Shown here: in pieces, positions 1 to 8,539 of the stretch
Position numbering within the stretch: the first letter of the stretch is position 1
Layout: every line of letters starts with the position of its first letter
Virus record (IMG/VR): IMGVR_UViG_3300029319_000047
Span: 1-59,705 of that record
Strand: one strand, 5' to 3'
DNA length: 59,705 nucleotides
From: a virus
Taxonomy: Duplodnaviria; Caudoviricetes
Program-made: the position numbers and the translations under genes
The notes under the pieces: generated by a model
Databases searched by the model: none
What the model was told of the DNA's origin: nothing
The model's input: only the letters and a program-made list of their open reading frames with translations

Positions 1-1225
1 ACAGCCTCTCAAGGAACTCTAGGCACTTCTCGCTGCCGTACTTGATGTTGAGCTTGATAAGCATGTAGTGCAGCCCTGTGACGCCTAGACCAATCCTGCG
101 CGAACGCTCGCCAACAGTCTTGCACTCCTCAGTTGGGAAAGTGTTAACGGTAAGAACATTGTCCAGGAATCTAATACCAGTTCGAACAGTCTTGGCAAGA
201 CGCTTCCAATCCAGATCAGAACCGTTATCAAGAACCATATTGTTCAGGTTGATGTTAGCGAGGCAGCAGTTACCGTAAGAGGGGAGAGAGATCTCACCAC
301 AAGGGTTAGTGCTGTCAAGGTTCTCAAAATAGGAGACATTGGTGTAGCTGTTGGCTAGATCAATGTTGTAGATACCAGGATCACCAGATTCCACAGAGTT
401 CTTCCAAATGAGATCCCAAAGCTCGCGAGCTTTCATATCGCGCTGACCAATCATCTCGAAGGTGTCAGTCCACTTTACCTTGTGGAAGTTTTCTGCGCGG
501 GTGATTGCATCCTCTTCGTCAAGACCCAGGACACTAATAACCTCATCTCCATTACGCGAGATATCATAGGAGTGATACTCTTTGTTACCAAAGGTGAAAT
601 ACCAAGGCTCGTTTAGCTCGACAGCCTCAAGGAATCTGTTAGTAATAGCAACAGAGATGTTAAAGTTGTTTAGCTGGCCGTGATCAAGCTTTACAGAAAG
701 GAACTCAAGGAGATCAGGGTGAGTAACATTTAGGATACCCATGAGAGCAGTGCGACGGTTTTTACCAGCACGCACATGCTCACCAACCTCGTTGATCATC
801 TTGAGGACAGAAACGGCACCTGGGGCAGAGTTCTTGACGCTGCCAATGTGGTCACCTTTGGGTCGAATCTTGGACACATTGAAACCAACACCACCGCCAG
901 CACAGGAGATACGATACATATCCATGACCGTCTTGCCAATGCTGTCTACATTATCCTCTGGAATAATGACATAACAATTGAGAAGATTGTGTCGGCCACG
1001 ATTACGACCAGCACCATAAATAATACGGCCACCAGGAATAAGATCTCCAGACCCAATTGAATCATAGAAGAGCTTCTCGACCTTTTCCTTGTCTTCATCG
1101 TTCTCAGCCGAAGCCATAGTCTTAGCGACTACTTTAGCTCTTTCTGCCCATTTGGTTTCGCCTGGGTAAGCGTATCGGGTTTCAAAAATTTCTTGTCCAA
1201 GACCTTCTAGGTTTGCATTTGCCAT
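1..1225 (-). CDS. nrdJ: Ribonucleotide reductase catalytic subunit, probably class II (B12-dependent); runs off the window start
   Basis: Not in the ORF track. Manual translation from ATG 1225: MANANLEGLGQEIFETRYAYPGE...LIPGGRIIYGAG...LLNCYV...GGGVGFNVSKIRPKG...RRTALMGILNVTHPD...GDPGI...TNPCGEISL...CCLANINL. Contains the NPCGE catalytic loop; no ATP cone. Confidence 0.85.
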   Translation of the reverse strand, partial: MANANLEGLGQEIFETRYAYPGETKWAERAKVVAKTMASAENDEDKEKVEKLFYDSIGSGDLIPGGRIIYGAGRNRGRHNLLNCYVIIPEDNVDSIGKTVMDMYRISCAGGGVGFNVSKIRPKGDHIGSVKNSAPGAVSVLKMINEVGEHVRAGKNRRTALMGILNVTHPDLLEFLSVKLDHGQLNNFNISVAITNRFLEAVELNEPWYFTFGNKEYHSYDISRNGDEVISVLGLDEEDAITRAENFHKVKWTDTFEMIGQRDMKARELWDLIWKNSVESGDPGIYNIDLANSYTNVSYFENLDSTNPCGEISLPSYGNCCLANINLNNMVLDNGSDLDWKRLAKTVRTGIRFLDNVLTVNTFPTEECKTVGERSRRIGLGVTGLHYMLIKLNIKYGSEKCLEFLERL

Positions 1226-1226
1226 A

Positions 1227-2813
1227 TTATTTTCCTTTGAGTGTAGAGATGCCGTTCGCCTTAATCATAGTGAGGCTCTTGCTGTTATCCATTAAAGATT
1301 TAAGATAATTATTGTGCGTAATTACGAACAAACTCTTGTCTTTCTTTAGTTCGGATAGTAGTATGTAGAGACCTTCGAGACCTTCTTGGTCAAGATTCTC
1401 GGCAACTTCATCAAAAAACATAAGATTTGTCTTTTGATTGTTAGACATCTTGAGTAGCTCCTGCAATCCAAGCATTACGGCAAGGCTAATTTTCTTTTTC
1501 TCTCCACCTGACAGAGAGATGTATGCTATGTCTCTCTCGTTATGTGTGATAGTTTCTTTCAACTCTTCATCGAAAGTAATGAAGAACTTTCCCTGGGAGA
1601 GATGTGCCAGATAAAAGTTCACCTTTGAGTTGAAATACTTCAACACATTCCTAATGATATACTTTACAATGCCAGATTCAGAGAAAGCTTTTTCCCAAAA
1701 CTTCATGATGTCATACTGACTCATATAATGAGCCTTCTCATCATGATGTTGCTGAAGCTCAACTATAGTATCTTTCTTCAGACTCTGATAAGTCTCCGTC
1801 TCCTTTTTGAGGGTTCGGTATTCGTGAACTTTATAGTAATCGAACGAAGAGATCGGAGGGGTCTCGATGCTTTCTGAGATTGTGCGTACCTCTTTCTCTT
1901 TCTCCTTAATTTCCGATTGGACATCAGAGAGTTCCAGCATGAGACGCTTTGGGTGTATGTTATTGGGCAATGGCTGCCCACAAGACTTGCATTGTATAGT
2001 CGCATTTGGATTTTCTAAGCTCTTATTAATCTGTTTGTGTCTAGTATGTAGTGTCTCTAGCTGCTTGTTTATGTTCGCAATCTCATACTGTTTTGACTGA
2101 TTATTAGATTCTATCTTCAGGATATCTTGCAACTCGCATTCTAGAGCCTTAGAAACATTTGTCTTCTCAATCTGCTTCTTAAGTGAGGCAAGAGACTCAA
2201 GTTCTTTATCAAATTTTGATATAGTTTTTTCGCATTGAGAGATCAGTGTGCTTTGCTTTTTGATTTCAGAGTTAAAATCAGACTTAAGTTTTTTTACAGT
2301 ATCTCGCAAAGAAAATAGCTCATCAAGATTCAGAAAGTTCTTAATGATTGTGCGCTTATCATCTGGCGTAGCATTGATGAACTCAATATTGTTCTGCTGA
2401 CCGAACACTGTCGAGGCTAAAAATACCTTGTAGTTTGTGTGGAGGGTCTCCTCAATCAGCGCCTGAGTGTTTGTGGCGTTGTCCCTGGTAAGCTCCTTGT
2501 TCTTGTGAAAGAACTTGAGGAACACAGGTTTCTTGCCACGCTCGATGACATAATCATCATTGATTGTAATACGAACACGGCAACCTTTCTTAGCCTGATT
2601 GTTTACTAGGGCCTCTTCGGTAGACTTACGAATAGTCCTACCGAAGAGGCCCCACACAACAGCTTCAATCAAAGCACTCTTGCCTGAGCCGTTCGATCCA
2701 CCAGTATCTTTGTTCTTGCCCTCGATCAGGACAATACCTTTGTGTTTATCTAGCGAGAGCGTAACATCTTTGATGGAATAGAAGTTAGCGATTTCTACTT
2801 TGTTGATTTTCAT
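1227..2813 (-). CDS. gp46: Recombination endonuclease ATPase subunit (T4 gp46/SbcC/Rad50-like)
   Basis: Walker A NGSGKS, coiled coil with CxxC zinc hook (CKSC), LSGGE signature, Walker B FFDE, H-loop VITH. Confidence 0.95.
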   Translation of the reverse strand: MKINKVEIANFYSIKDVTLSLDKHKGIVLIEGKNKDTGGSNGSGKSALIEAVVWGLFGRTIRKSTEEALVNNQAKKGCRVRITINDDYVIERGKKPVFLKFFHKNKELTRDNATNTQALIEETLHTNYKVFLASTVFGQQNNIEFINATPDDKRTIIKNFLNLDELFSLRDTVKKLKSDFNSEIKKQSTLISQCEKTISKFDKELESLASLKKQIEKTNVSKALECELQDILKIESNNQSKQYEIANINKQLETLHTRHKQINKSLENPNATIQCKSCGQPLPNNIHPKRLMLELSDVQSEIKEKEKEVRTISESIETPPISSFDYYKVHEYRTLKKETETYQSLKKDTIVELQQHHDEKAHYMSQYDIMKFWEKAFSESGIVKYIIRNVLKYFNSKVNFYLAHLSQGKFFITFDEELKETITHNERDIAYISLSGGEKKKISLAVMLGLQELLKMSNNQKTNLMFFDEVAENLDQEGLEGLYILLSELKKDKSLFVITHNNYLKSLMDNSKSLTMIKANGISTLKGK

Positions 2814-3789
2814 TAATCAGTTTCAGCCCATCTAGCAAATCCCCTTTGTTTATCTTGGTGTTGCTAGAATTTATATAGTGTTCAATTAAATCATCACTCA
2901 TTACAGAGGAGACAGATCGCTCATCAGGAACAAAAACTTCCTTATCATCCAGCAAAGGTTTGTACTTGACCTCAACGACAGGGGCTTTGATGCTCTGAGT
3001 TAGTTCAGCGATGTTTTTAATACCATCGTCCAAGGTTCCTACATTCACACGAATCATATTGTAGTCACCAGAGTTCAACCACTCTAGGTTGTCCTCTACC
3101 TTGTCATAGTCTATCACCAAATGTCTTGGTCCATATTCACATGATACTTTTTCTAGTCTAGTATCAGAGAGGACTCCGTAGTAGCAGTCTTTCCCTGCTT
3201 CTCCGAAGTTAGTGGTGTAGGGGGTTCCAAGGACTGAAACATTCCCGTTCCTACCTGCTTTGTGAATGTGCCCAAGGATTGTCGGATTCTTGAAATCGGA
3301 TACAGACAACTCAAAATCAGCGTCTCCAGCAGAATTAAGAACGCCATGATAACCAAAGTGGCCGAAAACAACATAGCCTTCGGGAACATTAGCAAGATAT
3401 TCTTTGATTCTTTCTTCGTCTTCATAGTGCGGGATGAATACCCATTTGTTTTTGTGATCTTCATGATACTCTGTATACACACGAATATTTTTATCTTTGA
3501 GCAGCGACAGTGCAGTAACACCATCATCTGCCTTTGTCACGCTATCATGGTTACCCCGAACAATATGAATCTTATATCCCAAGTAAGAGATGTCGGTCAT
3601 CAACTCTTTCAAAGCAAGCAGGACAGTGGGCTTTGGACTCCTGTGCATCATCAGATCCCCCAGGAATACTAGCTTGTCACAATCTCCGCAGCGATCTTTG
3701 CAAATTTGCATCACAGCATTAAACTGTGCTTGCAGCATACCACGAGGCTTATCCTCGAAGTGTAGGTCTCCAATTACGAGTGTTCGCAT
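2785..3789 (-). CDS. gp47: Recombination nuclease subunit (T4 gp47/SbcD/Mre11-like metallophosphoesterase)
   Basis: GDLH, GD, GNHD and GHIH motifs; adjacent to gp46; likely start is MRTLVIGD at 3789 (track gives 3801). Confidence 0.93.
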   Translation of the reverse strand: MRTLVIGDLHFEDKPRGMLQAQFNAVMQICKDRCGDCDKLVFLGDLMMHRSPKPTVLLALKELMTDISYLGYKIHIVRGNHDSVTKADDGVTALSLLKDKNIRVYTEYHEDHKNKWVFIPHYEDEERIKEYLANVPEGYVVFGHFGYHGVLNSAGDADFELSVSDFKNPTILGHIHKAGRNGNVSVLGTPYTTNFGEAGKDCYYGVLSDTRLEKVSCEYGPRHLVIDYDKVEDNLEWLNSGDYNMIRVNVGTLDDGIKNIAELTQSIKAPVVEVKYKPLLDDKEVFVPDERSVSSVMSDDLIEHYINSSNTKINKGDLLDGLKLINENQQSRNR

Positions 3790-4424
3790 AATGCTTTCCA
3801 ACTGTGAGGGAACATCTCCTGCATCAGGAAACCAATCTCTTGAGCGTACTCCTGCGTCTCTAGCTGCGTGTGCTCTTCGGTCCTGAGCTTCCAGAGGTGA
3901 TGCCAGCCTAGAAGCGTTCCTGTGACCACACAGGTGGTGTACATGGACTGTGGCAGGATGGCACGAGCTTGCTCAGGAGCTACACCTTGGCGAAGCAGAA
4001 CATCGTATCTTTTCATGGCTTCTTCATTAGCTGCGTGGAACTGATTCCAGATGGCATCATAATCCTCTCCCCAGTCCTTACTCTCGCTGCCCTGCTTGAT
4101 ATTGTCTGGACGAGATCTAATATCTTCAGGCATCCAGAACTCAGGCTCACCAGTGATATATCGTCGGCTAACCTCACTCCAAGAAAAACCTACTTGGTGC
4201 TTACCCAACTGACGAAGCACGAAAATAGGGCAAGTGATGCGTAGAGTAGCCACAGGATGACGAAACGGTAGAACATGCTGCTCTCTTGCCAGATAGTTGA
4301 GAAGCTTTGCATCTTTCTCTTGATCAAATTCTTCATGCTGTTTATCGAACGAACATCTAGCTGCATTCACAACTAGTAGATCTCCTTTGGGGGTAAAGTT
4401 TAGAACATCAATATTTGTTTTCAT
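3774..4424 (-). CDS. thyX: Flavin-dependent thymidylate synthase
   Basis: VNAARCSF, H..PF.H, RQLGKHQVGFSWSEVSRRY (variant ThyX motif), EQARAILPQ, LR...HTQ.E. Confidence 0.93.
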   Translation of the reverse strand: MKTNIDVLNFTPKGDLLVVNAARCSFDKQHEEFDQEKDAKLLNYLAREQHVLPFRHPVATLRITCPIFVLRQLGKHQVGFSWSEVSRRYITGEPEFWMPEDIRSRPDNIKQGSESKDWGEDYDAIWNQFHAANEEAMKRYDVLLRQGVAPEQARAILPQSMYTTCVVTGTLLGWHHLWKLRTEEHTQLETQEYAQEIGFLMQEMFPHSWKALCEHS

Positions 4425-5485
4425 AGATTGTATTCCTGTACATCTCCGAATGAAGTGCCCACCTCAATATCAATAGCAAGGGGAACATCAAAATGAATAT
4501 TGAATACCTCTTTGATGGTGGGATAGTTAACCATCTCATCATAGAGGATCTCCACGGTCTTCTGCACTTCTTCTCTCGGACAAATAATCTCGATAGAGTC
4601 GTGAACCGTGGCAACTGGCGTAGCTTCTAATCCTTCTTCCTTGAACCTGCGCGATGCTCCAAGCAGCGAGGTGAGTAGAATATCAGATGCGGAGCTTTGA
4701 ATCGTAAAGTTTAGTCCTTGCCTGAGTGCTCGATTTACGACTTGGCGATCACGGCTATAGACATCAGGAAGATTGCGCTTGCGGCCAAAAATAGTATAAG
4801 CATATCCGTTGCTCTTAATGAAGTTGTTCACATGGTCCATATATGCAAAGATGCCTGGATACACATTCTCGTAGTCTTTGATGATCTTCTCAGCACGCTT
4901 CATGGGGATGTTCATGGTCTCACTGAGATTGAATGCACCTCCACCATAAACGATCAGGAAGGATACAGCCTTGGCGATCTGTCGCTCCTCCTTGCTGATC
5001 TGCTCCTTGTTAAATAGAAGCTTGGCGGTGTAGGTGTGTAGGTCCGCGCCCTGATTGAAGGCTAGTTGCATATTACCCTCTTTGGCAATATGTGACAGGA
5101 CGCGGAGTTCCATCGCTGCATAGTCCGCAGCAATAAATGCCCAACCCTTGGGAGCAGCAAAGAGAGATCGAATGTTGTTCTCAGTCTCCCTGGGCAAGGT
5201 ATGGAAAGATACGCCCATGGCTTTCTGTGCATTGTATGCTGCACAGGACAGGCGACCTGTTGCCGTGCCATCGAAACGAAAATCACAGAACACCTTGTCC
5301 ATGCCATTGTATTCAATGGCTTTCTTGGTGCCCTCGATATAAGTCTTGGTCAGCTTCTCCGACTTGCGAAGATCAAGCAACCCTTTCACGAATTTTCTAG
5401 CATTACGCAGTTCGTCCGTAGACTTGTCTGCGATGACAGACTTGCTGATACGCTTGCCCTCATCCCTGTGCTTCCATTTACTCAC
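4421..5485 (-). CDS. polA: Family A DNA polymerase, C-terminal fragment (thumb base, palm, fingers)
   Basis: TATGRLS, motif A DYAAMELR, motif B RQIAKAVSFLIVYG, IQSSASD, motif C TVHDS; GTG start with GAGGAG about 10 nt upstream. Confidence 0.95.
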   Translation of the reverse strand: MSKWKHRDEGKRISKSVIADKSTDELRNARKFVKGLLDLRKSEKLTKTYIEGTKKAIEYNGMDKVFCDFRFDGTATGRLSCAAYNAQKAMGVSFHTLPRETENNIRSLFAAPKGWAFIAADYAAMELRVLSHIAKEGNMQLAFNQGADLHTYTAKLLFNKEQISKEERQIAKAVSFLIVYGGGAFNLSETMNIPMKRAEKIIKDYENVYPGIFAYMDHVNNFIKSNGYAYTIFGRKRNLPDVYSRDRQVVNRALRQGLNFTIQSSASDILLTSLLGASRRFKEEGLEATPVATVHDSIEIICPREEVQKTVEILYDEMVNYPTIKEVFNIHFDVPLAIDIEVGTSFGDVQEYNL

Positions 5486-5957
5486 GAGTCTGTAGCTCCT
5501 CTTCGATGTGCTCTAGCAGTAGTTTCAGTGTGGGTGCGGATACGGAAGGCTTGCCCTTCCCTGTACGGTCGGGGGGATAAAGGCCCATGCCCTCCTCACG
5601 CAGATAAAGAATCTCAATCAGATCGTTGTTTGACGAGAGGTTGTCAGTATTCTCTACGCCCTCACATAAGTAAAGAGAATCCTCTTCGTTCATGTTCTTG
5701 GAACGCAGTTGCCTACCGACAGCATCCAGCTTGTCCGTGTCCACGATCAGACCATTATACTCCATCTCCGCGAAGGTTTCAAGAGAGGGCATCACGACAT
5801 TCTCAATGAGAGTCATGACGGGATCGCCCTCAAACTTTTCCATGATAAGATCAAACAGCTTCAGAGTGAAGTAAGTATCCATCGCGTTGCCCTCACAGCA
5901 ATCGGATAGATCCATATTGGCCCAGTCAAACTTACTGGGGTTGTCAATCGTAAGCAT
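5478..5957 (-). CDS. polA: Family A DNA polymerase, middle fragment (ExoIII region and thumb)
   Basis: NAMDTYFTLKLF (ExoIII-like), MPSLETFAEMEYNGLIVD, NLSSNNDLIEILY, TGKGKPSVSAPTL (thumb); TAATG overlap with upstream ORF. Confidence 0.85.
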   Translation of the reverse strand: MLTIDNPSKFDWANMDLSDCCEGNAMDTYFTLKLFDLIMEKFEGDPVMTLIENVVMPSLETFAEMEYNGLIVDTDKLDAVGRQLRSKNMNEEDSLYLCEGVENTDNLSSNNDLIEILYLREEGMGLYPPDRTGKGKPSVSAPTLKLLLEHIEEELQTRE

Positions 5958-6979
5958 TACAGATCCTCTAGCTCATTGGCGAAGTAAAGTTTGGTGAGAT
6001 CCATCAGACCCTTGGGCATGTTCTCATCCAGGAGGTGGTGCATGATCTTGGTGTCCCAAACATTCTTAGTATAGATACCATAGTTGATGAGGAACTTGAG
6101 ATCAAACTTGGCATTATGAAAGACCTTCCTGCTCTTAGGATTCTCAAGAATCCGACGCAAACATCCCCACACCTTCGCATAGTCAGGCTGCCCTTTCCTG
6201 AACGGACTGTCCTTATGATCTAGCGGGATGACCCAAGTATTCTCTCGTGTGGTGAGAGCGATGGTCATAATGTCATCCTTGAGGAAGTTCAGTCCAGTGG
6301 TCTCAGTATCTACGGCAATCGTCGCTTCGGAATGCTGAAGCGTTTCTGCGAGAGCTTGTACCTCTCCGATCTCCATGAGGACTTCATAGGAGAAGTCTCC
6401 TCTAGCCTTCTGCCCAAGTACATATTTTTCATATGCATTTGAGATATCTGTCTTGAAGAGCGATAGGTGTCGGGGCTCCTTGATACAAGAATAGGGATGA
6501 AAAATAGGCACAACGGTGCAATTATGCCCAGAATTAGTAGTGTAGTCATAGGACTTTCCTCGTTTGTTTGTGATGCCGCTTTTCTTGATAAGCATCTTCA
6601 TTGCAAGGTTACCGCAAGCGAAAACAAGCTTGGGCTTTACCTTATCAATAGTTGCATCAAGATGCTGGCGGCACAAGTTCATGTTGTTCGGACTCATATC
6701 TGCCTCCTTAACAGAAGGACACTTGACCGAAGCAGCCATGACAAACTTCTCAGGATAACATTCCTTGAAAAGTTGAATCTCCGCTTTCGAGAATGCCTGT
6801 GTAGACCCAAGCTTATACTTAATTGAGTCCGATAAAAACAGGACAGGCGCTGGCGAAAGCTCCTCATAGTCCATCACCGAATGGCAAGGCTTGGACTTCT
6901 CCAGAATGGAGCAGCCATGACACAAAGGATTGTCACCATGGGCTTTGTGGCCTTGGTACAATTTGTCTAAATCAAACAT
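5957..6979 (-). CDS. polA: Family A DNA polymerase, N-terminal fragment: family-4 UDG-like (Fe-S) domain plus 3'-5' exonuclease ExoI/ExoII
   Basis: CHGC...SVKCP...CRQHL...ACGNLA...PIFHP (UDG-F4 pattern), then VDTETTGL (ExoI), FHNAKFD (ExoII), DTKIMHHLLDE. Confidence 0.88.
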   Translation of the reverse strand: MFDLDKLYQGHKAHGDNPLCHGCSILEKSKPCHSVMDYEELSPAPVLFLSDSIKYKLGSTQAFSKAEIQLFKECYPEKFVMAASVKCPSVKEADMSPNNMNLCRQHLDATIDKVKPKLVFACGNLAMKMLIKKSGITNKRGKSYDYTTNSGHNCTVVPIFHPYSCIKEPRHLSLFKTDISNAYEKYVLGQKARGDFSYEVLMEIGEVQALAETLQHSEATIAVDTETTGLNFLKDDIMTIALTTRENTWVIPLDHKDSPFRKGQPDYAKVWGCLRRILENPKSRKVFHNAKFDLKFLINYGIYTKNVWDTKIMHHLLDENMPKGLMDLTKLYFANELEDL

Positions 6980-6993
6980 ACCTATTATAGAGT
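6980..6993. promoter_or_regulatory. Putative bidirectional promoter core CTATTATAG (TATAAT on minus strand) in a 14-bp divergent gap
   Basis: acctattatagagt lies between the ATG of polA-N (-) and the GTG of the gp55-like gene (+). Confidence 0.55.
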
Positions 6994-7335
6994 GTGAAGA
7001 AACATTATATAGATAACACGAAATTCGAAGAGATCATCCTATCATACCAGGAGGATCCTGAAAGCCATGAAGAAGAGCTTGTTTCTTTATTTGATGTCTT
7101 AATACAGAACATCATCGAGACCTTCAAGTTTAATGTAGATCCCGATGACGCGAAGCAAGAGTGTTTCACACTAGTGCTTAGAACTGTTAAGAATTTCAAA
7201 CCAAGAAAAGGCTCGGCGTTCAACTATTTTACAACAGTGATCATAAATAATCTCAAGCTGTTGTATACTCGTGAGAAGAAGTACAATAAGAAGATCGAAA
7301 ATTACATCGACCTTCACAAAGACGATATCATCTAG
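6994..7335 (+). CDS. gp55: Late-transcription sigma factor (T4 gp55-like)
   Basis: HYIDNTKF N-terminus, DDAKQEC, NFKP..GSAFNYFTTVIIN; short sigma-domain-2-only size. Confidence 0.8.
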   Translation: MKKHYIDNTKFEEIILSYQEDPESHEEELVSLFDVLIQNIIETFKFNVDPDDAKQECFTLVLRTVKNFKPRKGSAFNYFTTVIINNLKLLYTREKKYNKKIENYIDLHKDDII

Positions 7336-7663
7336 CCTTCTTCTTCTTTGGCATGAGCGTGTTATAAATCATTGGAAGGTAATCCTCCGAGTGCACGCCC
7401 TTATGATTTAGGTGTACAAGGTGTGGGAGCTTCGTAGTATTGTAGATCACGAAGCTATGTGGCATATAGAAGCTATCAACAATGTACAGGGGCTGACCCT
7501 TGTCACTGTCTCCATACTTCTCCTTGAGCTTTTCTACAAGCTCTTGGCACCACTCGTCCCACAGAGACACGAACAAGATGTTAATACTTTTCTTGTCGCG
7601 CTTGTACGCCTTGATGATCTTGTTCAGATCATTTTCCTTTGATAGGAACTGTAGATTATACAT
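7328..7663 (-). CDS. Thioredoxin-fold protein with a degenerate single-Cys active site
   Basis: ILFVSLWDEWCQEL at the WCxxC position; YIVD and cis-Pro-like KLPHLV. Confidence 0.6.
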   Translation of the reverse strand: MYNLQFLSKENDLNKIIKAYKRDKKSINILFVSLWDEWCQELVEKLKEKYGDSDKGQPLYIVDSFYMPHSFVIYNTTKLPHLVHLNHKGVHSEDYLPMIYNTLMPKKKKAR

Positions 7664-7998
7664 CAGTTATTTTCAGATTCTTCTAGCCTAACTCCGTCCT
7701 CATCCTCAATGACGGTGATACCAGAGGCTGCAAGCTCTTCCTTATTTTCACTAGCATATTTTGACACCATTTCTGCAAGCTGCCGATTAAGAGCGTCAAT
7801 ACCAGTGACAAATACAGTTTTAAGGAAATCATCATCAGAGATTTCTTCAGGCTTGCATACATCAGCAAAGTTTTTGAATGCGGTGGCCTCGTCCTTCGAA
7901 AGTTTAATTTGTAGTTTCATACGATTACGACTCCGCTCATCTACGCGGATTCTCCATTGACTAACATCGAGTTTAATATTTTTGGTCTCGGCGTCCAT
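7663..7998 (-). CDS. Hypothetical protein, possibly ribbon-helix-helix DNA-binding
   Basis: 111-aa ORF coupled to the next gene; MKLQIKLS strand followed by two helices. Confidence 0.6.
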   Translation of the reverse strand: MDAETKNIKLDVSQWRIRVDERSRNRMKLQIKLSKDEATAFKNFADVCKPEEISDDDFLKTVFVTGIDALNRQLAEMVSKYASENKEELAASGITVIEDEDGVRLEESENN

Positions 7999-8002
7999 TG
8001 GT

Positions 8003-8011
8003 CTATTATAG
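8003..8011. promoter_or_regulatory. Putative bidirectional promoter core CTATTATAG
   Basis: Lies in a 28-bp divergent gap; minus strand reads TATAAT-AGACCA-ATG. Confidence 0.55.
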
Positions 8012-8026
8012 TGCAGGGCACAGATT

Positions 8027-8539
8027 ATGAAAGATAATTATGATATTTCTGCTTTGAAGAAGAAAAAGAAAGTAAACAGCAGGGCGAAGGGCTCCACCTT
8101 TGAGAGGCAGATCGCCAAGATACTTAATGATAGACTAGGCACCACAGAATTTTCAAGAACTCCTGGGTCTGGCGCATTCGCCACCACGCACTCGTTGCCC
8201 GATCACCTTAAAATTTATGGGGACTTGATTACTCCACAAAACTTTAAGTACTGCCTAGAGTGCAAGAAAGGATACAATAACCAAAACTTATATAGCTTAT
8301 ATAATCATAGTAGCGACTTCTGGAAATTTATAGAGCAATGTCAAAAAGATTCAGAGAAGTGCGGGAAAATACCAATGGTCATATTTAAACAGGATAGGCA
8401 GCCAACACTAGCCATCATCCCCTCTCATATAGTAGTAGAATCTAATAACTACATAGAGATACACAAAGAAAGCCAGTACTATAGGATTTATATGTTCGAT
8501 GATTTACTCAATGAAGATGATTCTGTTTGGGTGAGTTAA
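8027..8539 (+). CDS. Holliday junction resolvase (Hjc/T5 D14-like PD-(D/E)XK)
   Basis: NSRAKGSTFERQIAKIL, RTPGSG, GDLI, LECKK. Confidence 0.8.
   Translation: MKDNYDISALKKKKKVNSRAKGSTFERQIAKILNDRLGTTEFSRTPGSGAFATTHSLPDHLKIYGDLITPQNFKYCLECKKGYNNQNLYSLYNHSSDFWKFIEQCQKDSEKCGKIPMVIFKQDRQPTLAIIPSHIVVESNNYIEIHKESQYYRIYMFDDLLNEDDSVWVS

Noticed and set aside
5470-5965. Split inteins or introns at the polymerase junctions
   Set aside because: No intein N-terminal block or terminal His-Asn, and no intervening non-coding DNA; the ORFs overlap directly
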